Numbered from the stretch's first letter, positions 51,835 through 61,361 are shown. The stretch is DNA of 64,000 nucleotides from an uncultured Actinomycetes bacterium (GCA_963792245.1 CAWBVO010000028.1:3103-67102); one strand, 5' to 3'. Notes: a model not told the origin generated them from the letters alone. Numbers and translations are program-made.

Positions 51835-52656
51835 TCACGCTCCGGCGCGGCGCAGCAGGATCGAGCGCGAGATGCCGTCCGCCCAGCCCTTCGTGCCCTT
51901 GACGACGACCCGTACCCGGTCGAGGCCCGGGGGCAGCGCGAAGCGCACGCGCGAGCGGCCGTCGAGACGGCCGCGGGCGATCGCCCGCCAGACGAAGTGG
52001 TCGCGGTCGTAGGTCTGGAGCACCGCAGTCGCGCCCGGGCGCCCGGGCGCCGCGCGGGCGCCCACGCTGCTCGCCGCGTGGACGACGGCGACCGCAGGGC
52101 GCACCTGCACGCGCACCGCGGGGCTGACGAGGCTCCCCGCGGCGGCTCTGAACGTCTCCGGTACCGGGACACCGACCCCGACGGCGAAGCTCCCGTCCGC
52201 ACGGGGATGCACGGTCTGCGAGGCGCTCCCGCCGCGGAGCGTCACGGTCTCGGTGCCGGGCGGCGCGAGGCCGGCGAAGACCACGCGATCGCCGGTGGCG
52301 ACGGGTCCCTCGGGGCCGGACAGGACGAGCCCGAAGACGTCGATCTCGCCCTTCATGAACTTGTGGATCGTGCAGTGGAATGCATAGCGGCCCTGCTTGG
52401 TGAAGGTGAACGTGAACGACCCGCCGGGCGGCAGGTAGCCGGAGGCGAACGCGTCACCGTCCGCCGTGGCGGTGTGGTTGATCGAGTCGTCGTTCTTCCA
52501 CGTCACCGCGGTGCCCACGAGGACCGAGATCTGTGTCGGGTCGTAGAACTTCCCGGGCATCGTGATCGTGCGTGTGGGCGCGTCCGCCGACGCGGCGCCC
52601 GTCGCGAGCACGAGCCCCGCCAGGACCGGGAGCACCGGCAGCAAGCGCCTGCTCAC
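51835..52656 (-). CDS. secreted cupredoxin (amicyanin/plastocyanin-like) fused to a beta-rich C-terminal domain
   Basis: Signal MSRRLLPVL...AASA; type-1 Cu ligands NHT ... FHCTIHKFM; GTGA overlap with the oxidase stop. Confidence 0.85.
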   Translation of the reverse strand: MSRRLLPVLPVLAGLVLATGAASADAPTRTITMPGKFYDPTQISVLVGTAVTWKNDDSINHTATADGDAFASGYLPPGGSFTFTFTKQGRYAFHCTIHKFMKGEIDVFGLVLSGPEGPVATGDRVVFAGLAPPGTETVTLRGGSASQTVHPRADGSFAVGVGVPVPETFRAAAGSLVSPAVRVQVRPAVAVVHAASSVGARAAPGRPGATAVLQTYDRDHFVWRAIARGRLDGRSRVRFALPPGLDRVRVVVKGTKGWADGISRSILLRRAGA

Positions 52657-53612
52657 CGCGTCACCCGGTAGATGCCGATCATCCCGTTCATCATGTGGCT
52701 CTCGACGTGGCAGTGGTAGAGCCACGTCCCCGGTATGTCCTCGCGCCAGCGGATCTTGTAGCTCTCGGCCGGCCCGATCACCTGCGTGTCGCGCGGGCCG
52801 TCGGCCGTCATCCAGCGGTGACCGTGCACGTGGAAGGTGTGGAAGTCGTCGCCGATCGCAAGCACGTCCCACTGGACAAGGTCGCCGACCTTGGCCCGGA
52901 ACACCGGTGTGTTCCCGACGAACGCCCTCCCGTTGATCGTCATGAAGCCGAGATGCGACGACAGGTAGACGACGAACTCGTGGTCGGGCGCCTGCTCGTT
53001 CGGGCCGAGGATCGAGAGCGCCCCGTAGAGACCCCCTTCGATCGACGCGGTCATCGAGGGCGAGTGGTCGTGGTACGGCCAGACTCCCACGGACTGCGGC
53101 TCGGCGACCAGGCGGTAGGTGAAGGATTCTCCCGGCTTCACGTTGGCGCCTGGTCCCGAGAACCCGGGGATGTACGCCCCGTCGGAGCCGAACCGGTATC
53201 GCACGCCGTGGAAGTGCATCGAGTGCGGCAGGTTGTTCAGCGTGTCGAGGTTCTGGAAGTGGACGAGGATGGTGTCGCCGACCCGAGCGTGCAGGAGCGG
53301 GCCCTGGATGCCCTCGTCGCCCGGCTGCTTGCCGACCGGCTTCGCGAAATCCTTCGTGTACTGGCGGTAGACGACCGTCTTGAACACGGTCTTGTCCGGT
53401 GTGAAGCTCTCGCCCTCGATCGCGTTGCGCCCGTTCGGGACGACGTTCCACGTCACCGGAACGGCGGCCACCCAGTACTCGCGGACGTGTCCGGTCGGCG
53501 CCGACTCGCCCGCGGCGATCGACGTGAGCGCACCGGTGCCGGCGACGACGAGCGCGGCGCCGGCAAGGGCCGCGAGCGCGAGCGCCCGCGGCCCTGACCG
53601 ACGGAGCCTCAC
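52653..53612 (-). CDS. two-domain multicopper oxidase (small laccase / type B 2dMCO-like)
   Basis: Domain 1 SMHFHG and YHDH (no T1 Cys); domain 2 HTFHVHGH and YHCHVESHMMNGM; N-terminal export signal with RR. Confidence 0.9.
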   Translation of the reverse strand: MRLRRSGPRALALAALAGAALVVAGTGALTSIAAGESAPTGHVREYWVAAVPVTWNVVPNGRNAIEGESFTPDKTVFKTVVYRQYTKDFAKPVGKQPGDEGIQGPLLHARVGDTILVHFQNLDTLNNLPHSMHFHGVRYRFGSDGAYIPGFSGPGANVKPGESFTYRLVAEPQSVGVWPYHDHSPSMTASIEGGLYGALSILGPNEQAPDHEFVVYLSSHLGFMTINGRAFVGNTPVFRAKVGDLVQWDVLAIGDDFHTFHVHGHRWMTADGPRDTQVIGPAESYKIRWREDIPGTWLYHCHVESHMMNGMIGIYRVTR

Positions 53613-54703
53613 GGCGTGACGACGATCGTCCCGTTCATGTCGGGACCGTGGATCCAGCAGAAGTACTTATAGGTCCCGGGCGTCGTGAACGTCACGCGGG
53701 ACTGGCGCGAGAGCCCGGGGATCGGGGCGCCCGCGGAGATCGGCGTCGCGAAGAAGCCGTTGCCGTGCGTGGTCGCGCCGGCGTACGTGAGCGGCTTTGC
53801 ATCGGTCCCGTAGGGGACGATCGGCGTGACCTGGTTCGGCGCAGTGGGGCCCGCCGGGAGCAGGTCTGTCTTCTTCCCCCACTGCTCGAGGTACTTCTTC
53901 GGCCCGAAGGTGATGTTGTGGACCTCGCTCGACGACTTGGTCACGAACGTCACCGTGGTCCCGGCCTTGACCTTGAGCACCTTCGGGTAGTAGGCGATCA
54001 TGGCGACCCCGCCACCGACGCCCATCGCGACGGTGTTGGGGGCTGCGATCTTGGTGTTGTTCAACGCGATCGCCTTCGGGTACGCCGCCGTCTGCAGTTG
54101 CAGCGCCTGCGCCTTCACCTGGTCGGGCGTCTTCGGCACGGCCGAACCGGCGGGCTTGACGACGACCGTCGCCTTCATGCCGGGATGCAGCGTGCAGAAG
54201 AGGCGGTACGTGCCCGGTTTCGGGAACGCATAGGTCGCCGTCGCGGCGGGCGACTTCGGCCCCTGCGGGCCCATGGCGCCGCTCGAGACGGGTGTCGCAC
54301 CGGAGATCGTCTTCGGCCCGAACGGCCCGAACGCCTGCGGGTTGTAGATCAGCTTCGGGAGGTCGTCGAAGTAGAACGGCTGTCCGGCGGCGTCCATCAA
54401 CCCGGCGTACGTGCCCTTCTCCGGATCCGGGACGAGCAGCGGGATCGGCCTCGGGTTGTACGTCACCGAGTGGAAGGAGTTGCTCGCGAAGGTGACGCTG
54501 TCCCCGGCCGCGATGACGAGCCTCGACGGCAGGAATTGGTTGATCGTGCCTGGGATCTTCCGGAGGTTCGCTGGTGGTTTGGCGAACTCGCCGAGATAGA
54601 CCGTGTACGTGGTGGTCGCCGCCTGCGCGTGATGGGCCGACAGCGCGACACCCGGTACCGCGAACGCAACCACAGCGACGCACGCGATGAGAACCTGCTT
54701 CAT
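53609..54703 (-). CDS. secreted protein with two cupredoxin (type-1 Cu) domains
   Basis: Sec signal MKQVLIACVAVVAFA...AQA; site 1 FHSV...FCTLHPGM, site 2 VHNI...FCWIHGPDM; GGGGGG RBS; ATG 54703. Confidence 0.87.
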   Translation of the reverse strand: MKQVLIACVAVVAFAVPGVALSAHHAQAATTTYTVYLGEFAKPPANLRKIPGTINQFLPSRLVIAAGDSVTFASNSFHSVTYNPRPIPLLVPDPEKGTYAGLMDAAGQPFYFDDLPKLIYNPQAFGPFGPKTISGATPVSSGAMGPQGPKSPAATATYAFPKPGTYRLFCTLHPGMKATVVVKPAGSAVPKTPDQVKAQALQLQTAAYPKAIALNNTKIAAPNTVAMGVGGGVAMIAYYPKVLKVKAGTTVTFVTKSSSEVHNITFGPKKYLEQWGKKTDLLPAGPTAPNQVTPIVPYGTDAKPLTYAGATTHGNGFFATPISAGAPIPGLSRQSRVTFTTPGTYKYFCWIHGPDMNGTIVVTP

Positions 54704-54773
54704 TCGATTCGCCCCCCTTGGGCTCGACGATCTTTCGTCTGGTCCACGCGCTGCCTGCCGCCGCGCACGGGCG

Positions 54774-54802
54774 ACTATGGACCTCCCGTCGGACGGATGC
54801 AA
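54774..54802 (-). promoter_or_regulatory. sigma70-type promoter of the copper operon
   Basis: TTGCAT-17 bp-CATAGT, about 70 nt upstream of ATG 54703. Confidence 0.5.
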
Positions 54803-54849
54803 GCGGGAAGTCGCGCGAACGGCGCGAGGAGACGCGGCCGGCTTCCGGC

Positions 54850-55038
54850 TCAGCCGGTCGTCCGCGGCGAACCGGTGGGCCGGATCGGGGTCACCGTCGC
54901 CACGGATCCCCGCTCGGCCTCCGCGGCCGCTGCGGTCTGCGGGCCGCAGGGGACGCTCATGAGGTGGCGCATCTGCTTCGGCACGCCGCGGCCGCGCGGA
55001 CGACGCGCGACCATGTGCCAACCGGAGGAAGCACCCAT
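54850..55038 (-). CDS. putative 62-aa small protein
   Basis: MGASSGWHMVARRPRG...ATVTPIRPTG; GC3-rich codons; no clear RBS. Confidence 0.35.
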   Translation of the reverse strand: MGASSGWHMVARRPRGRGVPKQMRHLMSVPCGPQTAAAAEAERGSVATVTPIRPTGSPRTTG

Positions 55039-55097
55039 GCACTCACCGTCCGGACGCACGACTCCCTCCGCATCCCTCGGGTGGGGGATCGTTACGG

Positions 55098-55304
55098 TCA
55101 GGCGCGAGCCGGGACCCGAACGGCGACGGCCGGGGCGAAGGGGCGCCCGCGCTGGAACTCGACCGTGATCGGTTGATCGTGCGCGACGCACGTCCCCCCC
55201 ATCGTGAGGGTCATGCATCCGGCCGCGGGACAGACGGTGAGCATCGACCCGTGGGGGAGGAGCCCTGGCGCAAGCATCTCGGTTCGCGTGTGACGTTCGA
55301 GCAC
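55098..55304 (-). CDS. small Cys/His protein (C-x4-C-x8-C-x2-H)
   Basis: TAGACT -10, GGAGG RBS and GTG; CPAAGCMTLTMGGTCVAH. Confidence 0.6.
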   Translation of the reverse strand: MLERHTRTEMLAPGLLPHGSMLTVCPAAGCMTLTMGGTCVAHDQPITVEFQRGRPFAPAVAVRVPARA

Positions 55305-55599
55305 GGCGGCACCTCCAGACGGCGGGAAACGAGTCTACCCGACCGTCCGCGACAGGCAACCTCCGCCGAAGACGGTCGAAGCGCTTCCCGGGCCCGGGGC
55401 AGCCTCCTCGTCGGTCCCACACGGCCCGATCGACGGACGCAGGGAGCAATCGATGTCCGGGACGAACGGTCCGTCCAACGAGCACCCGCACCTCGGCGCG
55501 CGTCCCTCGATCGAGGGAACCCGATAGCGCGAGCGCGAACCTCCGGCTCTCGGTCCATCATTGGGGCCTACGCGCGTCGTCGACGAGAGGGGATTCACG

Positions 55600-56052
55600 A
55601 TGAAGCTCAAGGTGTTGGCGGTTGGTCTCTGTGTTGTCGGCCTCGCCGGCTCCAGCGCGGTCGCCGCTCCACCGCCCGGGAAGGGGAAGCCCGAGACGAC
55701 GGGCAAGCCGGCCGCGACCGGTTCCAAGCCGTCGCCGACCGGGCCCAGCTGCAAGCCGAAGGTCACGGTGGTGCTGAAAGGCAAGCTCACGAGCGCCTCC
55801 GCGGCGTCCCTCGCCATGAGCGTGACGGGGTCGAACCGGTGGGGCCAGGCGTGGAAGACCCTCGGCACCGCGACCGTCGTGGTCGACACCGAGACGAAGG
55901 TTCGCCGGAACGGTCAGAAGCTGGTCTCCGATCTCGTTGCGGGCGACTGGGTGCTGGTGCAGGCACGCGCATGCAAGGCAGACCTCACCGCGGCAAGCGC
56001 GCCAACGCTGACCGGCGTGCACGTGGTGGCACACCCCGCCAAGGCCGCCTAG
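55600..56052 (+). CDS. secreted hypothetical protein (OB-fold/DUF5666-like)
   Basis: GAGAGGGG RBS; signal MKLKVLAVGLCVVGLAGSSAVA; V.VDTETKVRR....L..GDWVLV pattern. Confidence 0.78.
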   Translation: MKLKVLAVGLCVVGLAGSSAVAAPPPGKGKPETTGKPAATGSKPSPTGPSCKPKVTVVLKGKLTSASAASLAMSVTGSNRWGQAWKTLGTATVVVDTETKVRRNGQKLVSDLVAGDWVLVQARACKADLTAASAPTLTGVHVVAHPAKAA

Positions 56053-56120
56053 GCCGGCGGATCGGAGGGAAGCGACCGAGCGCCCCTGGCAGGGGCGCTC
56101 GGTCTGTCGACAACGCTCGT

Positions 56121-56759
56121 CTAGGCCGCGGCGGACGAGACCGCGCGCACCACCGCGTCGACACCCGTACCGGCCGCGTCCCGCTGCCGCTCCTCGGCGA
56201 CCTCGATCCGCCAGCGGCGAGGGTCGAGAGCATCGACGGCGGCGTCGACGGAGACCTGCACCTGTCCGCCGGCCGCGGTCGGAGCACCGGTTGCGGGATC
56301 GATGGGGCGATGGCCAACCAGGAGCAATGTCCCGCCGGGCGCGACACCGGCTGCGAGCCGTCCGACCATCTCACCGACGGATCCGGCCACATGGACGTAC
56401 AGGCTGATCACGAGCTGGTAGGAGCCCCGCGGCGGCGCCCACGTCGTGAGGTCGCCCTCGGTCCATTCGATGCGCCCGGCAACGTCCGCGCCGACGGCCC
56501 CGGCTCTCGATCGAGCGATGGCCAGGGCGGCCACCGAGTAGTCGACCGCCGTGACCCGCCAGCCGCGCGACGCGAGCCACAACGCTTCGGCCCCGTGCCC
56601 GCAACCCGCGTCGAGGGCCCGCCCCGGATGCAGATGCGCCGTCTCGGTCAGCAGATGCGCGCTCGCCCGGCGCTTCGCGAGCTTGTCCGGATGCTCGCGC
56701 GAGACCTGCGTCCAGCGCCGGTCCCACGAGGCCCGATCGAGTTCGTCGTCGCCCGTCAT
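56121..56759 (-). CDS. class I SAM-dependent methyltransferase
   Basis: RALDAGCGHGAEALWLASRGWRVTAVD; APGGTLLLVGH. Confidence 0.86.
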   Translation of the reverse strand: MTGDDELDRASWDRRWTQVSREHPDKLAKRRASAHLLTETAHLHPGRALDAGCGHGAEALWLASRGWRVTAVDYSVAALAIARSRAGAVGADVAGRIEWTEGDLTTWAPPRGSYQLVISLYVHVAGSVGEMVGRLAAGVAPGGTLLLVGHRPIDPATGAPTAAGGQVQVSVDAAVDALDPRRWRIEVAEERQRDAAGTGVDAVVRAVSSAAA

Positions 56760-56912
56760 GCCCACCACCTGCTCGGCCGTTCGGTTTGGGACGTCGTGCC
56801 GGTCCGTTCGCGCGTGCGTTGCCCAATCTTGCGCAACGCGTGTTTGCCCGCGGTCGGGTTCGGATAAGAGAGTCACCGGAGAGCGGCCCACGGCACACAG
56901 AGGAGCGAGGAC

Positions 56913-57077
56913 ATGGCGGACGGCAGAAGCACGAGCGGTGCGGGACTGGGGCTGGGCGGGATCCTCGTGATCGTCGGCCTCGTCGTGGCGATCGCCTGGA
57001 GCCTGTGGCTCGGCATCCTGATTGCGATCGTCGGGCTCGTCGCCTTCGGCGGCTTCGCACGCGGCCGCTGGTACTGA
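56913..57077 (+). CDS. 54-aa two-TM membrane protein (below ORF-track cutoff)
   Basis: AGGAG/GAGG RBS; MADGRSTSGAGLGLGGILVIVGLVVAIAWSLWLGILIAIVGLVAFGGFARGRWY. Confidence 0.75.
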   Translation: MADGRSTSGAGLGLGGILVIVGLVVAIAWSLWLGILIAIVGLVAFGGFARGRWY

Positions 57078-57093
57078 GAGTCGAAGCACGACG

Positions 57094-57381
57094 ATGAACC
57101 GATGGCTCTCGGGCGAGTGGATCGTCGACCGGACGGATGCGAAGCACCGGCGAGTGATCCACTACTGGCTGACGATCGTCTGGCTCACGCTCGGCTCGGT
57201 CGTCTGGATCGTCGAGCGCGACGCCCTGTGGTTCGTCGGATTCATGTCGCTCTATGCGATCTGGATCTCCCACCTCGCCGGCTGGGCGGCCGAGACCCCT
57301 GTCGAAGGGGAGGACAGTGCCACCGGGGATACGGGGCGAGCGGCAGAAGCTGCCCCAGCTCCGGCCGAGGCGACGACCTAG
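57094..57381 (+). CDS. small Trp-rich membrane protein
   Basis: ATG 16 nt after the previous stop; YWLTIVWLTLGSVVW...WFVGFMSLYAIWISHL. Confidence 0.68.
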   Translation: MNRWLSGEWIVDRTDAKHRRVIHYWLTIVWLTLGSVVWIVERDALWFVGFMSLYAIWISHLAGWAAETPVEGEDSATGDTGRAAEAAPAPAEATT

Positions 57382-57819
57382 CAGGGCGCCCCGGATGATC
57401 TCTGGGCAAGGCCAAGAGAACGGGCCCCGACGAGAGGCCCGTGCCCACAACCCCTGTGTTCATCGAGTGGCCGCTACTGACCGAGAACGTCGCTCGAATG
57501 CCTCGTTCAACACCCCGGCTCACGACTAGCCTCGGGGAAGGGGGTTGGGTGATGCAGACCGACCCGCCGAGTCGTGGGTCGCCCGGCATGTCTGACGACT
57601 GCACGCTTGTCACCGGTCCGTCAGATACGTGTCGGATCACGAGGGATCGAGCGGTGGCCGACCAACGATCCTCGCGTGCGCGTTTGTACGAGAGGAGGAG
57701 AGTGACGGCCGCGGCCGCGGCGGTGGCCTCACCGGGGGCGCGATGTCCAGGCAGTGGTAGCCGGGCTGGGCTCCGTCCGCCGTGGATTGCGGGCGGCGCG
57801 ATGCACGTTCAGGTTTGTT

Positions 57820-59118
57820 GTGACCCCACGGCCACCTACGCCCCGCTCGATCCAGGCCCGGTACATGGTGCTGCTCTTCGGGAACACACTGGCCGCGTCC
57901 TTGATCTGGGGGATCAACACGATCTTCCTCCTCGATGCGGGGCTGTCGAATCTCGAGGCCTTTGCGGCGAACGCGTTCTTTACGGCGGGGATGGTGCTCT
58001 TCGAGATCCCGACGGGAGTCGTCGCCGACACCGCCGGTCGCCGGTTGTCCTACCTGCTCGGAACCGTCACGCTTTCCGCGTCGACGTTGCTGTACGTGCT
58101 TCTGTGGCAGATCGAGGCGCCGTTCTGGGCGTGGGCGGTCGTCTCGATGCTGATCGGCCTCGGCTACACGTTCTTCTCGGGTGCCGTCGAGGCATGGCTC
58201 GTCGACGCGTTGACGGCCACCGGCTTCACGGGCTCGGTCGACTCCGTCTTCGGTCGGGGGCAGGTGGTGTCCGGAGCGGCGATGCTCGGCGGCTCGGTAG
58301 CCGGTGGCTTCATCGCGGAGCAGTCGAGCCTGGCCGTGCCGTTCCTGCTGCGCGGGCTGATCCTCCTCGTGATGTTCGTCGCGGCGTTCGCGCTCATGCA
58401 CGACCTCGGGTTCGCACCCGTCAAGGGCGGCCGGATCACGACCGAGGTGCGGAACGTCGCCGCGGCCTCGATCGAGCATGGCTGGCGCGCGCCGGCCGTC
58501 AAGTGGCTGATGCTCGAGTCGTTGGCGGCCGGAGGTGTCGGCATCTACGCGTTCTACGCGCTGCAGCCCTATCTGCTCGAGCTGTACGGCGACCCGGGCG
58601 CCTACCAGATCGCCGGACTGGTGGCCGCGATCGTCGCCGGGGCGCAGATCGTCGGCGGGCTCGTGGCGCCCTGGATCCGCCGGCGGCTCGCCCGCCGCAC
58701 CTCGGCGCTCCTTCTTCTGGCCGTACTCAACGTTGCAACGCTTGCGCTGATCGGCCTCGCCGACAGCTTCTGGGCGGTGCTCGCAATCATCGTCGTCTGG
58801 GGGCTGCTCTTCTCCGCCTCGATGCCGATCCGAAAGGCCTACCTCAACGGGCTCATCCCTTCCCGCCAGCGTGCCACGATCCTGTCCTTCGACTCGCTGA
58901 TGAGCTCCAGCGGCGGCGTCTGGACACAACCGCTGCTCGGCCGCGCAGCAGACCTCTGGGGATACGCACCCTCCTACCTGTTCGGAGCCGGAATCTCCGC
59001 ACTCGCGATCCCATTCCTCGCCCTCTCCCGACGTGAGAACGCCCCCGCGGACAGACTCGACCTGTCGGAGCTACAGCCCGCCCCACACCACACGATCCAG
59101 CCGGCCGCGACGAAATAG
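57820..59118 (+). CDS. MFS transporter
   Basis: About 12 TM; FEIPTGVVADTAGRRLS motif A; RQRATILSF. Confidence 0.88.
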   Translation: MTPRPPTPRSIQARYMVLLFGNTLAASLIWGINTIFLLDAGLSNLEAFAANAFFTAGMVLFEIPTGVVADTAGRRLSYLLGTVTLSASTLLYVLLWQIEAPFWAWAVVSMLIGLGYTFFSGAVEAWLVDALTATGFTGSVDSVFGRGQVVSGAAMLGGSVAGGFIAEQSSLAVPFLLRGLILLVMFVAAFALMHDLGFAPVKGGRITTEVRNVAAASIEHGWRAPAVKWLMLESLAAGGVGIYAFYALQPYLLELYGDPGAYQIAGLVAAIVAGAQIVGGLVAPWIRRRLARRTSALLLLAVLNVATLALIGLADSFWAVLAIIVVWGLLFSASMPIRKAYLNGLIPSRQRATILSFDSLMSSSGGVWTQPLLGRAADLWGYAPSYLFGAGISALAIPFLALSRRENAPADRLDLSELQPAPHHTIQPAATK

Positions 59119-59949
59119 CGGTTGGCCACGACCAGACTCCATCACGATCGCTCATCGAGCACGATGACGTGGGCGCGAGTTACTCCCCTCGCGCGTGCGA
59201 GCCCGCCGCAGGCGTCGCCCGCGGGCCGGCCGATGGTGGGAAGCACGTCACGGCCGAGACGAGTCGAACCCGCCACCGGCCCAGTCCGAGTCTTGACGTC
59301 CCTCGCAGGTCTCCGGGTCGCCGTCCTCCGACTCGCCCCAGTCTCCGGCGCATCCGCGGCACGCGCGCGCAGGCGACCCGTGACGCACCCGGCTGGAGTC
59401 GGCTTTGTCACAACGCGGCGGAGGCGCGACCTCCGAGAAATCTGAACGTCCCGGAAGGGGAGACAACCGAGACGGCCGCAGGGCGGCCGCGCCCCGTAAC
59501 CATCGTGCGCCTCGGCGGGCGAAGACACAAGCCGGCCCGAACGCGACGCCATGATCTGGGAGCTCGATGCGGAGATCGGGATCGGCTCCTCACGCGACGC
59601 GCGCGGACATGACCGTCCGCATGCTCGTCGAGAGCACCAGGGCCTCGAGATCCACCTCATCCCTAGAGATGGATGTGGACCCGGCAGCCCGTAGCCGTCG
59701 AGGCGAACGGCCCTCGGAACGGTCGAGCGACGCTCGTCCTCGATCCAGGCGTTCATCGGATGGCGCAACTGGGCTCGGTCCAGAGAGCCTGTCGCGGCAA
59801 GCGTCTGCCGTTCGCTCCAGTTCACCGAAACCGCCTGTTTGCAGGGACTTCCGGAGACAGCTCGGTCAGCGACGACGGCGATCGTTTCCTCGTTGCCATT
59901 CCGCACCCGACACCCGCGCACGCAAACGGACGACCCATCGTCATCGCCG

Positions 59950-60303
59950 TCAGCGGCGTAGCGCACGCCAGCCGACGAACGCCGCCACCGCGAGCCACAC
60001 GAACGTGCTTGGACCGGCGTCGCCGAAGGCGACACCGACGAGCGGAACGAGTGCGATAACGGCGGCTTCGGCGAGGACGAGCGGCCGCAGCTTCCTCGTA
60101 ATAGCGCTCCACGTTGCGCCGGCGAGCAGAAGGATCGCCGCCATCACAGGCGTTGCGATGACCGCAGCGCGCCACGCATCGGAGCGCGGGCAGTCCGCGC
60201 CGTTGCACTCCGCATTCAGCCCAATCAGAGCGCCGATGGTCAGCACGGCCAGAATGAACAGAGCGGCCGCGACGGCGAGGAGCACGTGAGCCCACCGACG
60301 CAT
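59950..60303 (-). CDS. hypothetical membrane protein
   Basis: 117 aa, 3-4 hydrophobic segments, loop ECNGADC. Confidence 0.6.
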   Translation of the reverse strand: MRRWAHVLLAVAAALFILAVLTIGALIGLNAECNGADCPRSDAWRAAVIATPVMAAILLLAGATWSAITRKLRPLVLAEAAVIALVPLVGVAFGDAGPSTFVWLAVAAFVGWRALRR

Positions 60304-60405
60304 CGCACTCGACTATCGGTTCCTGACCGGACGAGGCGAAAGTGGCACCGATAGTCCGTTGCGGCTACCGGGCTGTGCTTCGGCTTGCGAGCTGCATGCT
60401 CTCCG

Positions 60406-60609
60406 TCAGGAGTTCGCTCGCGTCGAGTGTCGCAGCGACACGGTGAGGACGAGCGCGACTGTCGTGGGGAGCACCCACCAGGCGGCGAGATCGCGATGGG
60501 CGAGGAAGGCGGTGATTGCGAGGCCGACGGCGACGCCGGCTGCGACGCGCCAGTCGTCGCCGACGATGAAGTCCCACCAGAACGCGCCGAACGCGCGGAT
60601 GTACTTCAT
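60406..60609 (-). CDS. small membrane protein coupled to the COG4280 gene
   Basis: MKYIRAFGAFWWDFIVGDDW...; ATGA overlap with the upstream stop. Confidence 0.75.
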   Translation of the reverse strand: MKYIRAFGAFWWDFIVGDDWRVAAGVAVGLAITAFLAHRDLAAWWVLPTTVALVLTVSLRHSTRANS

Positions 60610-61361
60610 GCTCCGGCACCAACGGGGAGTGCCGCGAGTCGCTGCCGACGGAGCTGGCGGACGAGCACGACCGACACGAGGCCGAGGAAGGCGAGGATGG
60701 CCAGGATCGCGGCCTCCGAGCCGGGCCAGTTGACGCCCGCGCCCTCGCCGCCCCAGAAGACGCCGAAGCTCGTGAGGAGCAGCCCGACCGCGAACTTGAT
60801 GGTGTTCTCCGGGACACGCTCCAGCGGCGACCGCACCGCGACCCCGGCGATGACGACGAGCACGACCGCACTGACTGCGGCCGCCGCAGCGAAGGGGAGC
60901 CGGCCCTGGGCTGCTCCAAAGGTGACGACGATGAACACGATCTCGAGCCCTTCGAGCAACACGCCCTTGAACGCGACCGTGAACGAGTACCAATCCATCC
61001 CGGTCGGTGCCCCACGACCCACCAGGGTCGCCTGCTCGCGCTCGGCAGCGAACGCGGCACCCTCGTCGTGCAACGCCTTGTAGCCACTCGAACGCAGGAT
61101 CGCCTTGCGCAACCACTGCAGACCGAACACCAACAGCAGCGCACCGACGACGAGCCGGAGCGTGTCGATCGGAAGCAGACGAAGCGCAGGACCGAGCACC
61201 GCCACGATCACAGCGAGAACCAGTGCCGCCGCCCCCACGCCGATCAGCGGCGAGCGCCAACCACGCACCACCCCCACAGCAAGAACGATCGTCAACGCCT
61301 CCACCGCCTCCACCCCACTCGCCAGAAACGTCGCGAGAAACAGAAGGAGGTCGTGCGTCAC
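60606..61361 (-). CDS. COG4280-type membrane protein (FTR1/ILT-superfamily-like metal transporter)
   Basis: Duplicated E-x2-E TM motifs FLASGVEAVEALTIV and FKGVLLEGLEIVFIV; WLRKAILR. Confidence 0.8.
   Translation of the reverse strand: MTHDLLLFLATFLASGVEAVEALTIVLAVGVVRGWRSPLIGVGAAALVLAVIVAVLGPALRLLPIDTLRLVVGALLLVFGLQWLRKAILRSSGYKALHDEGAAFAAEREQATLVGRGAPTGMDWYSFTVAFKGVLLEGLEIVFIVVTFGAAQGRLPFAAAAAVSAVVLVVIAGVAVRSPLERVPENTIKFAVGLLLTSFGVFWGGEGAGVNWPGSEAAILAILAFLGLVSVVLVRQLRRQRLAALPVGAGA

Noticed and set aside
52653-53612. Copper nitrite reductase (NirK)
   Set aside because: NirK has its T1 Cys in domain 1; here domain 1 has YHDH and the HCH...H...M site is in domain 2.
59253-59277. tRNA T-arm remnant (GGGTTCGACTC on the minus strand)
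   Set aside because: The T-stem does not pair and no acceptor, D or anticodon arms are present.
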